Shown here piece by piece: positions 9,101 to 15,451 of a stretch of 42,979 nucleotides of DNA. Position 1 is the stretch's first letter; each line of letters starts with the position of its first letter. This DNA comes from a virus. The notes under the pieces were generated by a model that saw nothing but the letters and a program-made list of their open reading frames with translations, made no database searches and was not told the origin of the DNA. The stretch lies in the IMG/VR virus record IMGVR_UViG_3300029619_000014, positions 1 to 42,979 of that record; one strand, 5' to 3'. Position numbers and translations under genes: made by a program.

Positions 9101-10264
9101 CTCCACCACGAACTTCCCGACGTCGCTTCTGTCCTTCGTCGCCCGCTCCATAATGCGGCTGTACTCGTCCTGCCATGCCTGCGCGCCCGACCAGTCGATG
9201 TCTGTCGCCAGCTTGTCCGCCAGAGCGTTCAGGCTGTCCCGGTACGCCTGCCCGAAAATGCCGCCCAGCACCTTGCTCTTTGCAAGGTCACGCAGCGCCC
9301 ACGCCGCCGCCTTGTTGATTCCTGCTTCCGCGACCGCGTGCGTCGCCTCCTGACCGCCCAGCCACGACGCCGAGCTGCCGCTGATGAACGCATCCGCCGC
9401 CGCCTCGCCAAAGCCCACATAGTCCCCCGTGAGCTTTGGATTTTTCAGCAGTGCCCGGAAATCCGAAAGGTCCTTGCCGGTCACGCCCATCTCGTCGAAC
9501 CTCTGCCGCAGTGCGTCCTTTTCCTCCCGGTCCTCGTCAGCGTCCAGCTCAAAGTAGCGCGCCACGTCCTCCCGAATGCCCAGATTGTCCAGTCTGGCGT
9601 TCTGTGCCTGATAGCGCGTCTGCTCGTCTGTGGTGGTCGTTACGCCGTTCAGATAGTTTTGATACGTCCCGTATTTCTTCTGCATGGCAGTGGAGCGGTT
9701 GAACTCCTGCTCCGTTACCTTGCCTTCCCGCTGCGCCTGTTCCTGCTTCGCTCGGCGCGCATTTTCCATCGCCTCGTCGTACCCGGCGTACACGCCGCGC
9801 AAATAGTTCTGGTAGCTGCCGTATTTCTGCTGCATCGCCGTGGAGCGGTTAAATTCCTGTTCCGATACCTTGTCCGAGGAAAACCTGCCTCGCGGCGTTG
9901 CTTCCTGCTTCTGCCCCAGCTCTGCCCGGTACTGTTCCTCCGTCATCCCGCGCATCGCCCTGTACCGCTGCTGCGTGATGCTGTCCACCGCCGCCTTGTA
10001 CTGCTCAAACGTCACCCCGCCCTGCGCCTTGTACCGCTCCTGCGTCAGACTGTCCGAGCCTGCCTCCCCTTGGTGACCAAGGGGAGGTGGCGCGGAGCGC
10101 CGGAGGGGATCAGAACTATCCCCGCTCCGAGTTGTTGCCACATTCGCCGCCGGCGCGGCAGCCGCCCCGCTCTTGCGATAGCTGCCGCTCTGCTTATACT
10201 CCGTCCATTTGCCGGTCCTGCGCTCCTGCTCCTGCTGTTTTTTATACTCGCTCCATGCTCCCAT
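1..10264 (-). CDS. Giant virion-associated polyvalent protein: first 10264 nt of a 10290-nt ORF (3429 aa) that continues across the circular junction and stops at 42846-42848
   Basis: ATG at 10264-10262 preceded by GAAGGAGAA. Hand translation of the minus frame (codon first base = 1 mod 3) at several places gives clean protein (MGAWSEYKKQQEQERRTGKW..., GGVFVGVLGDAAGMVSGLSQAR, LIHEIQHAIQDIEGFPGG, ...YRAAGYMEKWND). The track lists no minus ORF in this frame between 1 and 10264, as expected if the frame is open to the window edge. The plus-strand ORFs here are L/R/V-rich antisense shadows. Confidence 0.85.
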   Translation of the reverse strand, partial: MGAWSEYKKQQEQERRTGKWTEYKQSGSYRKSGAAAAPAANVATTRSGDSSDPLRRSAPPPLGHQGEAGSDSLTQERYKAQGGVTFEQYKAAVDSITQQRYRAMRGMTEEQYRAELGQKQEATPRGRFSSDKVSEQEFNRSTAMQQKYGSYQNYLRGVYAGYDEAMENARRAKQEQAQREGKVTEQEFNRSTAMQKKYGTYQNYLNGVTTTTDEQTRYQAQNARLDNLGIREDVARYFELDADEDREEKDALRQRFDEMGVTGKDLSDFRALLKNPKLTGDYVGFGEAAADAFISGSSASWLGGQEATHAVAEAGINKAAAWALRDLAKSKVLGGIFGQAYRDSLNALADKLATDIDWSGAQAWQDEYSRIMERATKDRSDVGKFVVENLPSVGSMLLDAGLAGMSGVNPIKETTNLSTLTSMASRAGGNAAVDAKNAGATDGEAILIGLENAAVEVFSEKLFGGNPVYDEDVGLINRAAAKLKNKTLLRVLDSKAFGLVSEGLEEVVAELLEPTFQSLVLDGTLEGSVTAEDLGLSFLGGVFVGVLGDAAGMVSGLSQARQDRYMKQYAKILIRETDGSTNADVQAARDTISDKLVYGRAPDMQDFGRLIDALDKAGESDAAERTVEEVQREASESDVPENMDVEDDIPSNMDVIDEDGDGLPDNMELEADVAEAQNEGSSDPFRRSAPPPIGHQGEALERANNEPEVRTVLRQAGQEDVRGRVKGDKLLGKVGDTLREYKARLKQYDARTAELRGLEANAQQVRNNEPSPHQSPTATASPRGEAINARVRELREQLAQDEAYLEAKERDMQDVANVARARLENERQQKELGRETQTLSDKELRETEQSAQAQESAAELAARRAAEEQDAAELERIAKQREYGFAMTQYFISGYFDANDRVQMDIPTYAEAVRVAYGKGRFGWKFKREDSQRGIADEVLQEAYKEGRRKGEENGTAGIGNGGERDASMDSDEPSGRVGRGAGGAEKESAGGFGIKESLRIQSVLGTAKAERLSPKADGIENGSEQKMFYRVPEGMVQEYPALKQAKQILTDAGADDVRLVSGSIRIRTAGGREMSVQGVTQGTTVWITIDAKDGVIKTAEHEAMHLRLEAESGLRERLIDALGLSQEQRDKLARKYCEAYEGCYTGDDLSAYLDEIVCDAYAGINRMGLGADKLQNAVRTAADSTASQRTKKPAQTRGPPERYSFAKLKDAEVRAEAERMEAAGRTPEEIWMELGVARTLDGKDWRYEIDDSGIEYDSSGDAQGATSRKWALEDLDAAKADMAAALSDDEMKDVRKYNSARVRGDKAEMRSLYERNAEKYGDVFTDYVAALDWARRFSVQTSDGLRLGDFLKHDELFKVYPRLRNVELRFKELDAGKQGVYNRQENRITLDSSLRSAPENTLIHEIQHAIQDIEGFPGGASPEYWARREFESGDLVGERLQREYDKLLNSLPRNKQNKYIRYTELERELERLFLSDENSEDGRRYTKLEAEQDALYEELYPKQWFQSLLDLNRRMTDAPGEYRRMYNNTAGEIEARDATARRNMTAEQRRATMPKMADENTVFAEMSAAEYMVESQSIKGQIREHRQELANMETVASIQSPADIEKWDMNRTRQWVVEKLRPTGFKVERSGFGTIVIDEKRLNSSLDYLKLGDAEVGAYAALARVLKRGIEISGHENHKGRGYATVTIAAPIEIDGVRGNMAVVVKKTSKNFYKMHRVLAPDGTLLVLENKANAEFTSVGGVTEVANAPGEVAPTINSAFTNSLRPEGKNVNRKYSPETQERAPELTDADAPVLSEEEQQREIARELEESDEERNRLRNLQRTGRQYMKQVRDETVQKLTNPMSAAGWDLETKVRPEINKIIDEYIETGKVQKSTVEQAFETTYREAKQMNDEFARRYSEVLDVIKSRRIVLSDEQKQELQNATPEKAKVLARSLRDLKAMDFAKGAQPLYDVSRMYEKVRKMSPELFGSWAKESWEQITRLSSVSRQIMKATVLSEKMETAEFKEHAWDSFKAGVKEMLPEMRKARDYAQTYEREQAAAREEMLRREEETAREDAKRREEEEAAREAAEQEAFQPYDYDKLPGKARAFVDQAVNSAVRQAANAMSIPGKAKREVLKPAVQGMMNEFLKTGRIAQETIDKSFEDAYDAGIEEDREFYDTFKHIKVKLLKTGIRVTPEVRAEFADLEQFRRAVRGRILLNNEGIGIDTLYGELHDEAPGLFPEAIMNPADQLMRMIEVADKIQITKQTLDEAHKGDGGDYKRWARNDFEAAVEDMKASLRTARAWAESRERTKLAQEAPKSQAEVEELYKRQREARRAYERVQSKNLLTDEDERILDRLLRGELAPEDIQDRKNARSILNVYEAKADYAALTAQIARWRRGVKEGYREQVRPLLENTEQAKDKKGLAPGFRYDRETAERNIEDVFPAADAKRINETIFEPVHTQQAKSTRFKNDYRARVRKMNLSRKVKAGDVVSEAHAVQLYGEAMDNIRQLTKKPMDAKRDGKTLAEWEAVVRELWEKNPGISKEKVERAVGEFRKIYDELFTQMNDVRVRNGYEPIDYRRGYFPHFQPGQTDGVLAVMGKALGIKADVTALPTTINGLTHTFKPGITWFGNAKERLGFNTAYDAVEGFDKYIEGAADIVFQTDNIQRLRAFASEVRYRTSNEGVRERVDAIRADESISEQDKELRIKDLYENAKFELSGFAAWLDEYTNLLANKKSKLDRGVESVLGRKFYNAMNWLESRAAANMVAMNPGSWLTNFIPLTQAYGYISTGDMVQAMGKALAAMKNDDGFWERSAFLTNRRGSDPLVRTWQGNLSAKLSMPMERIDTFTADTIVRARYNQNLRRGMLEEDAMREADRFAANIMADRSKGATPTRFQAKNPFTKLFTQFQLEVNNQFSNIFKDLPREMRKRGLQALAWALFKMFFSAWAYNELYEKVVGRRAALDPIDMTNELVGDATGYKLNNVLDVAFGSEAGFIHEGKPAGFGNTVTHFLTSTAEELPLAGGVLGGGRVPFSSALPDVSAIWKAATNKELDSETKNAKLWEEVRDPLLYLGLPFGGGQIRKVAQGIYAVAKGGKFYRNNKGELQMQYPVFTDEGKWTVLRDVQAGVFGRNATKEARDWVQSGFSKLSTKETNAYLAMSAADVKQREAWKLIQAMQDVDVPEGVSKKDAKLEALRDYDISDEAKALYYYNVIASDTEREQLDAYMDVDQALADEKVQSAINNAEATAISEEEQAAKEARAERDRASKANYAQMYRKIRDLKLDGYEPIYKSQLKALKEQEGLSDSDARKEIQKGVIEEVKEAFQSGSIDEKLATRILSKNLNESEDDTYWMLEEWKGGPDYSKYGKLTDAMEQNTDAKETVQYYLSHGVQKRDISSQITRYFKPLYKAAETRQEKNEIARQANVFYRAAGYMEKWNDM
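7909..7970 (+). repeat. Two-hairpin element, copy D (inside giant ORF, in frame)
   Basis: CTTCCCC-TCGG-GGGGAAG (7909-7926), GTCGCC-GTA-GGCGAC (7929-7943), tail TGATGAGGGGAAGGCTCGTTATTTCTG; read on the minus strand as QVRNNEPSPHQSPTATASPRGEAIN. Confidence 0.85.
8170..8236 (+). repeat. Two-hairpin element, copy A (inside giant ORF, in frame)
   Basis: CCTCCCCTTGG-TGA-CCAATGGGAGG, GGCGC-GGA-GCGCC (8196-8208), tail GGAAGGGATCAGAACTACCCTCGTTCTG; encodes AQNEGSSDPFRRSAPPPIGHQGEALE. Confidence 0.85.
10063..10123 (+). repeat. Two-hairpin element, copy B (inside giant ORF, in frame)
   Basis: CCTCCCCTTGG-TGA-CCAAGGGGAGG, GGCGC-GGA-GCGCC (10089-10101), third hairpin GGGGAT-CAGAACT-ATCCCC; encodes SGDSSDPLRRSAPPPLGHQGEAGS. 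Confidence 0.85.
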
Positions 10265-10277
10265 GCTCTTCTCCTTC

Positions 10278-11363
10278 TCAGTACTTCGGCAGCGTGTACC
10301 CGTGGTTGTTCAGAATGCCCGCCACCGTGTTCCACTGCTTGCGCGATAGCCTGCTCTCGTACTTTGACATGATCTGGTCCACCGTCTGCGCATCACCCTT
10401 CGCCGCATTCTGCTTGACCGCATACAGCATATTGTCAAACATCGTCTTGCTCAGACCTGCGCCAAACTCCGTCCACGCCGAATCACTGCCGCTCCCGGAA
10501 CTCTTGCCGCCCCCCGATCCGCTCGCCGCCTTCTGCACGGCGGCATAATAGCTCTGCTCATCCTGCTGCTTTTGCAGCCAGTAGCTCCGCTCCGCCGCCC
10601 AGCGGTTGTAATCGTCCTGCGCCGCCGCCTGCGCCGCAGACTGTGCCAGCGACAGCTCGTTAAAGTAATCGCTCATCTGGTCGCGGTACTTGTTGTAATT
10701 CTGCTGCTCTCGGTCGTTGAGCATTCCCCACTGGTCAAGCATCCTTGCGCCCTCGTCGCTGTACTGCTGATACGCCTGCCCGTACAGCTCCGGCACAACG
10801 TCATTGAGGCTCTGGAGATACGCGTCATACGTCTGCTGCCCCACGCTCTGCCCGTAGCTTGATCCGTACCCGCCCGTCAGGGCGGCAGCCTGCCCCATCG
10901 TGTCCATCATCGCCGTCCTGCCGAGATTCTGATACTGCATCTTGTACTGCTGATACATCGGGTCATCGTACACGTCGTACTTGAATTTCTCGCGGTTTGT
11001 GATCTTGTCATACAGCGCGTCCAGCTCCGCGCCCCACTTCGATTCATACGCCCCCGGCTTGCTGCCCTGCACGCCCGCGAGATAGCTCTGCGCCGCCCGC
11101 ACCGCCGACGACGGCGTGTACCCGCTCTCCAATCTGGATAGCCTTTCCGTCGTCTGTGAGCTTGCGCCCGGAATGCCGCTTCTGGTGTCGTACCCGCCGC
11201 CGTAGTTGTGGATCGTCTGCTGCTTGTTCACGAGCCTCGACGTGTACCTCCCGTTCTCGCCCACGCCTGTGATCTCATAGGTGCCGCCCCCGGTCACAAC
11301 ACGGTCGCCCGTCGTCAGTCCCGCAGGCGCTTGCCCGCCCTTCTCAACTCTGTAAATGCCCAT
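10278..11363 (-). CDS. Virion structural protein of unknown function (361 aa, Q/Y/G-rich)
   Basis: ORF with AAAGGAGGAAG before the ATG; lies between the fibre gene and the giant ORF; the stop is 14 nt upstream of the giant ORF start. Confidence 0.8.
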   Translation of the reverse strand: MGIYRVEKGGQAPAGLTTGDRVVTGGGTYEITGVGENGRYTSRLVNKQQTIHNYGGGYDTRSGIPGASSQTTERLSRLESGYTPSSAVRAAQSYLAGVQGSKPGAYESKWGAELDALYDKITNREKFKYDVYDDPMYQQYKMQYQNLGRTAMMDTMGQAAALTGGYGSSYGQSVGQQTYDAYLQSLNDVVPELYGQAYQQYSDEGARMLDQWGMLNDREQQNYNKYRDQMSDYFNELSLAQSAAQAAAQDDYNRWAAERSYWLQKQQDEQSYYAAVQKAASGSGGGKSSGSGSDSAWTEFGAGLSKTMFDNMLYAVKQNAAKGDAQTVDQIMSKYESRLSRKQWNTVAGILNNHGYTLPKY

Positions 11364-11535
11364 CCGCTTCTTCCTCCTTTTCCGCTTCCTCCCGCAGCTC
11401 CCGCTCCATTGCCTGTAAGACCTGCCCGCGCACCTCGCGCAGCGCCGCGTCCGCCATCACCGGCGGCAGCTCCGCCCGGTTGATCGCTTCCACGATCTGA
11501 TTTTTCAGTTCAAAATACCGTCTCGTCGTATTCAT
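11344..11535 (-). CDS. Small hypothetical protein (63 aa, coiled/acidic)
   Basis: ORF translationally coupled to its neighbours (overlaps both). Confidence 0.5.
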   Translation of the reverse strand: MNTTRRYFELKNQIVEAINRAELPPVMADAALREVRGQVLQAMERELREEAEKEEEADGHLQS

Positions 11536-12995
11536 GTTGTCCCCTCCAATGCCGCAATTCTGGTTTTCAGTTTCTGTATCTGGTCGATGCAGAGCGCGAT
11601 AAATTCGCCGTACCGCAAAAAATAGCTGTAGCCGCCCTCGTCCTTCGCCGCCTTGCAGATGCCCGCGAACTCCTGCCCCGTCAGCCCTACGGCGGTCATC
11701 GCTTCCTCCACGTCCTGCGCGATCATCCCGACGTGTACGCGCCCGCTCGTTCCGGCGTTCAGCTTGTAGTGCGCCGGCTTCAATCGGTCAAACAGCGCCG
11801 CATACCGCTCCATGTCGTAGCTGATGCTGTTTTTCTCATTCAGGTCGGATGTCTGGATCACGTCGTCTACCGCCCACACGCTGTTCCATAGACGCTTTCC
11901 CGTTCCCAATCTCACATCTCCGCTTGAGCTTGGTCCAAAGTAGAGCACGCTCACTTGCGTTGAATCACCCTCGATTGAAACGTCTCTCGTTTCCCGCAAT
12001 TCCACGCCGCAATCTGTTGTGTATATCCGCGCGCTCGTTGGGGTGATTCGCATTCCTCCGCTCTCTGCATCCGCGCTTCCCTGTGCGAGAAACAGCACTC
12101 GACCGTTCGAAACGCTGACCATGGATTCGTTTGGCGAGCGCAAACTGATCTGCTTATTCGTTTCGCCGTCATACGTTTCCACATACACGCCCAAATACCC
12201 CACCAGCGTCTCCACACTGGACGCCTCATAGACCGGCAGATTGCCGCGCAGCTTGAACTTCTCCAGATACAGACCGCTGATCTCCGCGTTTTCCGAAATG
12301 GTCAGCTTCGTCGCTGTGATCTCGCCGCTGATCTTCGCGCCCCACGCCTCCAGCGTCCCGGACGGAAAATGCAGCACCTTGTCCGTTAGCCACGCCACCG
12401 GCACGCCCTGCTGCCAGAATTTGATCTCCCCCGGCGTCACGGTCACGACCTCTCCGGCGGACGTGTTGATGACCTCATTCCCGCTCTGGACCGTCGTGGA
12501 GATATTGCCCACGCCCACGCCGTAGCGCGGCGTCACGCCGTCGTAGTATAAAAGCCCGGTCTTGACGTACTGCTGGCTCTTCCCGGTATACTGGTTGTTG
12601 ATCCCGTCCGTATAGTCAAAGAGCTGTGTGATGCCCTCGCTGTTCGCCGTGAGGGTCAGGCTCGTTTGCTTTACATACTCGCCGAAGGTGGACTTCGCAA
12701 CAAACCCGCCCTTGAGCGTCTTGGAAAACTGCTCGGAGTTCTCCATCGAAAAGTCCGCCGTCTTGATGATGAGCTGCTTGAGCGATTCAAACCCCGTCAG
12801 CTTTTTCTCTTTTGCCGTCCGCAGCGCCGCGTCCTCATCGATGCCCTGCGCGATCTCCTGCAAGACCGCCTCCGCCGACCAATCCGACAGATTCAGCCAG
12901 TCGATGATCTCGCACTGCGACCTATACAGCGCGCTGATCTGCTCCTGCGCCGTGCCGCCCATCCGCTTCGGATACGCTAAATTCAGGCTTCCCAT
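11532..12995 (-). CDS. Tail fibre/spike with C-terminal intramolecular chaperone (peptidase S74-type) autoprocessing domain
   Basis: C-terminus ...VIQTSDLNEKNSISYDMERY...GRVHVGMIAQDVEEAM...FLRYGEFIALCIDQIQKLKTRIAALEG matches the S74 chaperone pattern (S-D-x3-K). The ATG at 12995 overlaps the upstream TGA (the track starts at GTG 12998). Confidence 0.85.
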   Translation of the reverse strand: MGSLNLAYPKRMGGTAQEQISALYRSQCEIIDWLNLSDWSAEAVLQEIAQGIDEDAALRTAKEKKLTGFESLKQLIIKTADFSMENSEQFSKTLKGGFVAKSTFGEYVKQTSLTLTANSEGITQLFDYTDGINNQYTGKSQQYVKTGLLYYDGVTPRYGVGVGNISTTVQSGNEVINTSAGEVVTVTPGEIKFWQQGVPVAWLTDKVLHFPSGTLEAWGAKISGEITATKLTISENAEISGLYLEKFKLRGNLPVYEASSVETLVGYLGVYVETYDGETNKQISLRSPNESMVSVSNGRVLFLAQGSADAESGGMRITPTSARIYTTDCGVELRETRDVSIEGDSTQVSVLYFGPSSSGDVRLGTGKRLWNSVWAVDDVIQTSDLNEKNSISYDMERYAALFDRLKPAHYKLNAGTSGRVHVGMIAQDVEEAMTAVGLTGQEFAGICKAAKDEGGYSYFLRYGEFIALCIDQIQKLKTRIAALEGTT

Positions 12996-14785
12996 CACAC
13001 ATCACTCCCCGCCTCCAGCACGCGCGACAGCGAAAGCAGCCGGAAGTCCCCCGTGCCGGATATTTTGAATTGCAGGTGGTCGCACCGCCGCGGGCGGATC
13101 GGAAGCAGGAACGACCGAATGCCCCGCCCCTCCATGTGCCCGCAGTGCCGCCACTGCTTGTCAGAATTATACTGCACCCAAAAATCGCACCGCGACCCCC
13201 GCGGAAGCTGCATCCGCAGATTCAGCCGCGAGATGTATTTCTTGCCCACCAAGCCGTAGGTCATGATGCCGGTCTCCGCCCACCACGAAACAGGCGCTTC
13301 CGGCGTACCCTCCTGCCCCATCAGGTCCAGAACCGTCACGCTCCCGCTCTGATCCTTCGCCGCGTAGAGCGTATCCCTGCCGCTCGTGAGCGCTGTGAGC
13401 GCTTCTGCGCCGCTTTCCGCGTGCCATAGCCCCCGCATCGTGTCGTACACAAAAAGCCGCTGTGCGCCGTCCGGCTCGCTCATGGCGATGTAATACTTGC
13501 CCCGTGCGGTCGCCGCCATTGCGTTTTTGTAGAGGATGCCGCCCAACGCGTCCGAAATTCTGCTCGGAGCGCCCCCGTCGTAGCGGTACACGCCCAGCCG
13601 CGACTTGTAGTACAAAACGTTATCGACCACGCACAGGCTCTTGCCCGACCCGTCCTGCACGCCTTCGCAGGTGAGCTGCACCACCTGATGCGCGCCCTTG
13701 CTGGACGGATACACCCTGTGGATAAAGTCCTCCTTGAAAAACATTGGGCTGTCGTTATACGTCGCCGCGCCCGTCCACTTCCCGTCCGTGCCGACGCTCG
13801 CCCGGTACGAATCGGTCGAAATGCCCATGTAGCACTCCCAATTGCGGAAGTCTCCCAGCTTGCAGCAGTAAATTTCGTTCAGCATATCGCCGTCCTGCCC
13901 CACGCCGTAATAGCAGCCCCAAAGCCGGTTGCCGCACTCCGTCACATAGTCCAGCTCCGGCAGGCGGCGGTTCGTGATAATTTCCCCGCTCGTCTGCTCT
14001 GCTGTGGTATCCAGAATGCCGGTGATGATGATGTAGTCGTCCGCCGCGCCGTATAAAACGTGCGACCCGTTCAGCGCCTTTGCCTGCTCCGTCCCTGTGA
14101 TGCCGCTCAAAATGATCCCGTCGTACTGCTTCATGCCCACGCCGATGCCGCCGAGCGATAATTTCACATACGTCGTCGCCACCTGCACCCACTGTGCCGA
14201 GCTTGCCGACCACTGCTTGAGCGCGTGCGGCTCAGAGCCTGTGTCCACCCAATACATCCCGTTCGTGCGGTCTGTCGGCTCTGTGTCCGTCGCCGAGGCT
14301 GTGATGCCCGCCCCATCCGGCGTGCAGAGCGTGATCGTCAGCTTCGCCGCGCTCGTCGGCGTCACGGTGTTCTTGCGCGCCATATACCCGGCGTCCGTGG
14401 GTTTCAGCGTGTTGTAGTAAATGCCGTCGGGGAATATGCAGAGGTAAGCGCCCATGCTCACGAGCTGCTTTTCCCCCGCCGTGAGCGTCACGCCCTGCGG
14501 CAGCTCCTGCAAAATGCCCCCGCAGTAAAGCCCCGGCAGCGTTGCTCCCTGCCACACATACCACAGCACGCCGTCCCGCGCCGTCCAGCCCAGGAGCGTC
14601 CCTTCGCCCAGCGCCTTCAGCGTGCTCCGCCGCATACGCGGCGCAAGCATCGGGAAGTAGTCTCCCGTTAAATTCTCAAGGTCGTAAAACGCCCCGTCCT
14701 GTATCTGGAGGTTGTGGTCGTAGCCGTAAAAGACCTCCGTCACCGCCTGCTCCTTGGCAGGCGTATTTTTCTGCACGAATAGCAT
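12995..14785 (-). CDS. Large tail/adaptor-associated structural protein (596 aa, beta-rich, propeller-like repeats)
   Basis: ORF with GAGGTGAGAAG RBS, positioned in the structural module; function not recognisable by eye. Confidence 0.8.
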   Translation of the reverse strand: MLFVQKNTPAKEQAVTEVFYGYDHNLQIQDGAFYDLENLTGDYFPMLAPRMRRSTLKALGEGTLLGWTARDGVLWYVWQGATLPGLYCGGILQELPQGVTLTAGEKQLVSMGAYLCIFPDGIYYNTLKPTDAGYMARKNTVTPTSAAKLTITLCTPDGAGITASATDTEPTDRTNGMYWVDTGSEPHALKQWSASSAQWVQVATTYVKLSLGGIGVGMKQYDGIILSGITGTEQAKALNGSHVLYGAADDYIIITGILDTTAEQTSGEIITNRRLPELDYVTECGNRLWGCYYGVGQDGDMLNEIYCCKLGDFRNWECYMGISTDSYRASVGTDGKWTGAATYNDSPMFFKEDFIHRVYPSSKGAHQVVQLTCEGVQDGSGKSLCVVDNVLYYKSRLGVYRYDGGAPSRISDALGGILYKNAMAATARGKYYIAMSEPDGAQRLFVYDTMRGLWHAESGAEALTALTSGRDTLYAAKDQSGSVTVLDLMGQEGTPEAPVSWWAETGIMTYGLVGKKYISRLNLRMQLPRGSRCDFWVQYNSDKQWRHCGHMEGRGIRSFLLPIRPRRCDHLQFKISGTGDFRLLSLSRVLEAGSDV

Positions 14786-14794
14786 CTTCTCACC

Positions 14795-15172
14795 TCACAG
14801 CCTGAAATGCGTCGCCCGCTCGCGGGGCATATAGCTGCGGTTGATGTAATTCTGCCACGCGGTAAAGTACTGATTGTAGCTGCCCGCAGCGGCGTTGTAA
14901 CGGTCGGTCTCGCCATTTGCCTCCGCGATCTTCATGTCCAAGTACCACCGATAAATTTCGTCATAAGGCGCTCCGATCAAAAGCACCGTCCTGTCCAGAT
15001 CCTGCTCCGGGCGGTACGGGTGAAATTCTTCCGGCACGTCCATCTCGTGCGTCCGCAGCACCTCTCTGTGCGCGATCCCGTCCAGCTCCGCCAGCCATCT
15101 GATCTTGTCCTCCATGTCGTACTGATTCGGCGTCAGCCGATCTACGATCTCCAAAGCCTGTGTAATGGTCAT
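14795..15172 (-). CDS. Putative head completion / head-tail adaptor protein (125 aa)
   Basis: ORF with AAAGGAGGGG RBS directly after the capsid-module terminator; function assigned by position only. Confidence 0.65.
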   Translation of the reverse strand: MTITQALEIVDRLTPNQYDMEDKIRWLAELDGIAHREVLRTHEMDVPEEFHPYRPEQDLDRTVLLIGAPYDEIYRWYLDMKIAEANGETDRYNAAAGSYNQYFTAWQNYINRSYMPRERATHFRL

Positions 15173-15189
15173 CCTGTCCCCTCCTTTGG

Positions 15190-15212
15190 AAAAAGGGGCG
15201 CTTGCGCGCCCC
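15190..15212 (-). terminator. Rho-independent terminator after the capsid operon
   Basis: Minus sense GGGGCGC-GCAA-GCGCCCC followed by TTTTT, 10 nt after the TAA at 15223. Confidence 0.65.
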
Positions 15213-15222
15213 CTCTGTCTTA

Positions 15223-15450
15223 TTAGGTCTGTGCGCGCACGCTGCGCTCATACGCTGCTGCGGCAGCTGTCGCTCTGCGCGCCTCCCGCAGCGCCTCGTA
15301 TACCGGCAGCGGCACGTCTACCTCCACGCCCTTCGGCACTTGGTATCGCTTGCCGTTCACGCACACAAACTGCATTTTCTCCTCATTCGACTGTGCCGGC
15401 GGGAGAAGTACCGTTCTGGTCTCTTTCCAGATGTCCACCGTCTTTGCCAT
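15223..15450 (-). CDS. Small head-associated protein (75 aa; MAKTVDIWKE...)
   Basis: The ATG at 15450 lies 1 nt after the capsid stop; the longer start in the track (15516) overlaps the capsid gene and looks spurious. Confidence 0.6.
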   Translation of the reverse strand: MAKTVDIWKETRTVLLPPAQSNEEKMQFVCVNGKRYQVPKGVEVDVPLPVYEALREARRATAAAAAYERSVRAQT

Positions 15451-15451
15451 C

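Noticed and set aside
9647-9872. Diversity-generating retroelement (template/variable repeat pair)
   Set aside because: There is no reverse transcriptase gene in the genome. The differences between the repeats are not adenine-specific and are mostly synonymous.
1-10264. Stop-codon reassignment as the reason no long minus ORF is listed over the first 10 kb
   Set aside because: Hand translation shows no in-frame stops at all. The ORF is missing only because it has no stop inside the window (it exits at position 1). All other genes use the standard code.
155-10372. Long plus-strand ORFs in the track (155-2191, 2456-3673, 3776-4315, 8268-9353, 9338-10372 and others)
   Set aside because: Their products are L/R/V/H-rich and low in complexity. 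They sit codon-for-codon opposite a clean minus-strand coding frame. They are antisense shadows typical of high-GC genes, not genes.
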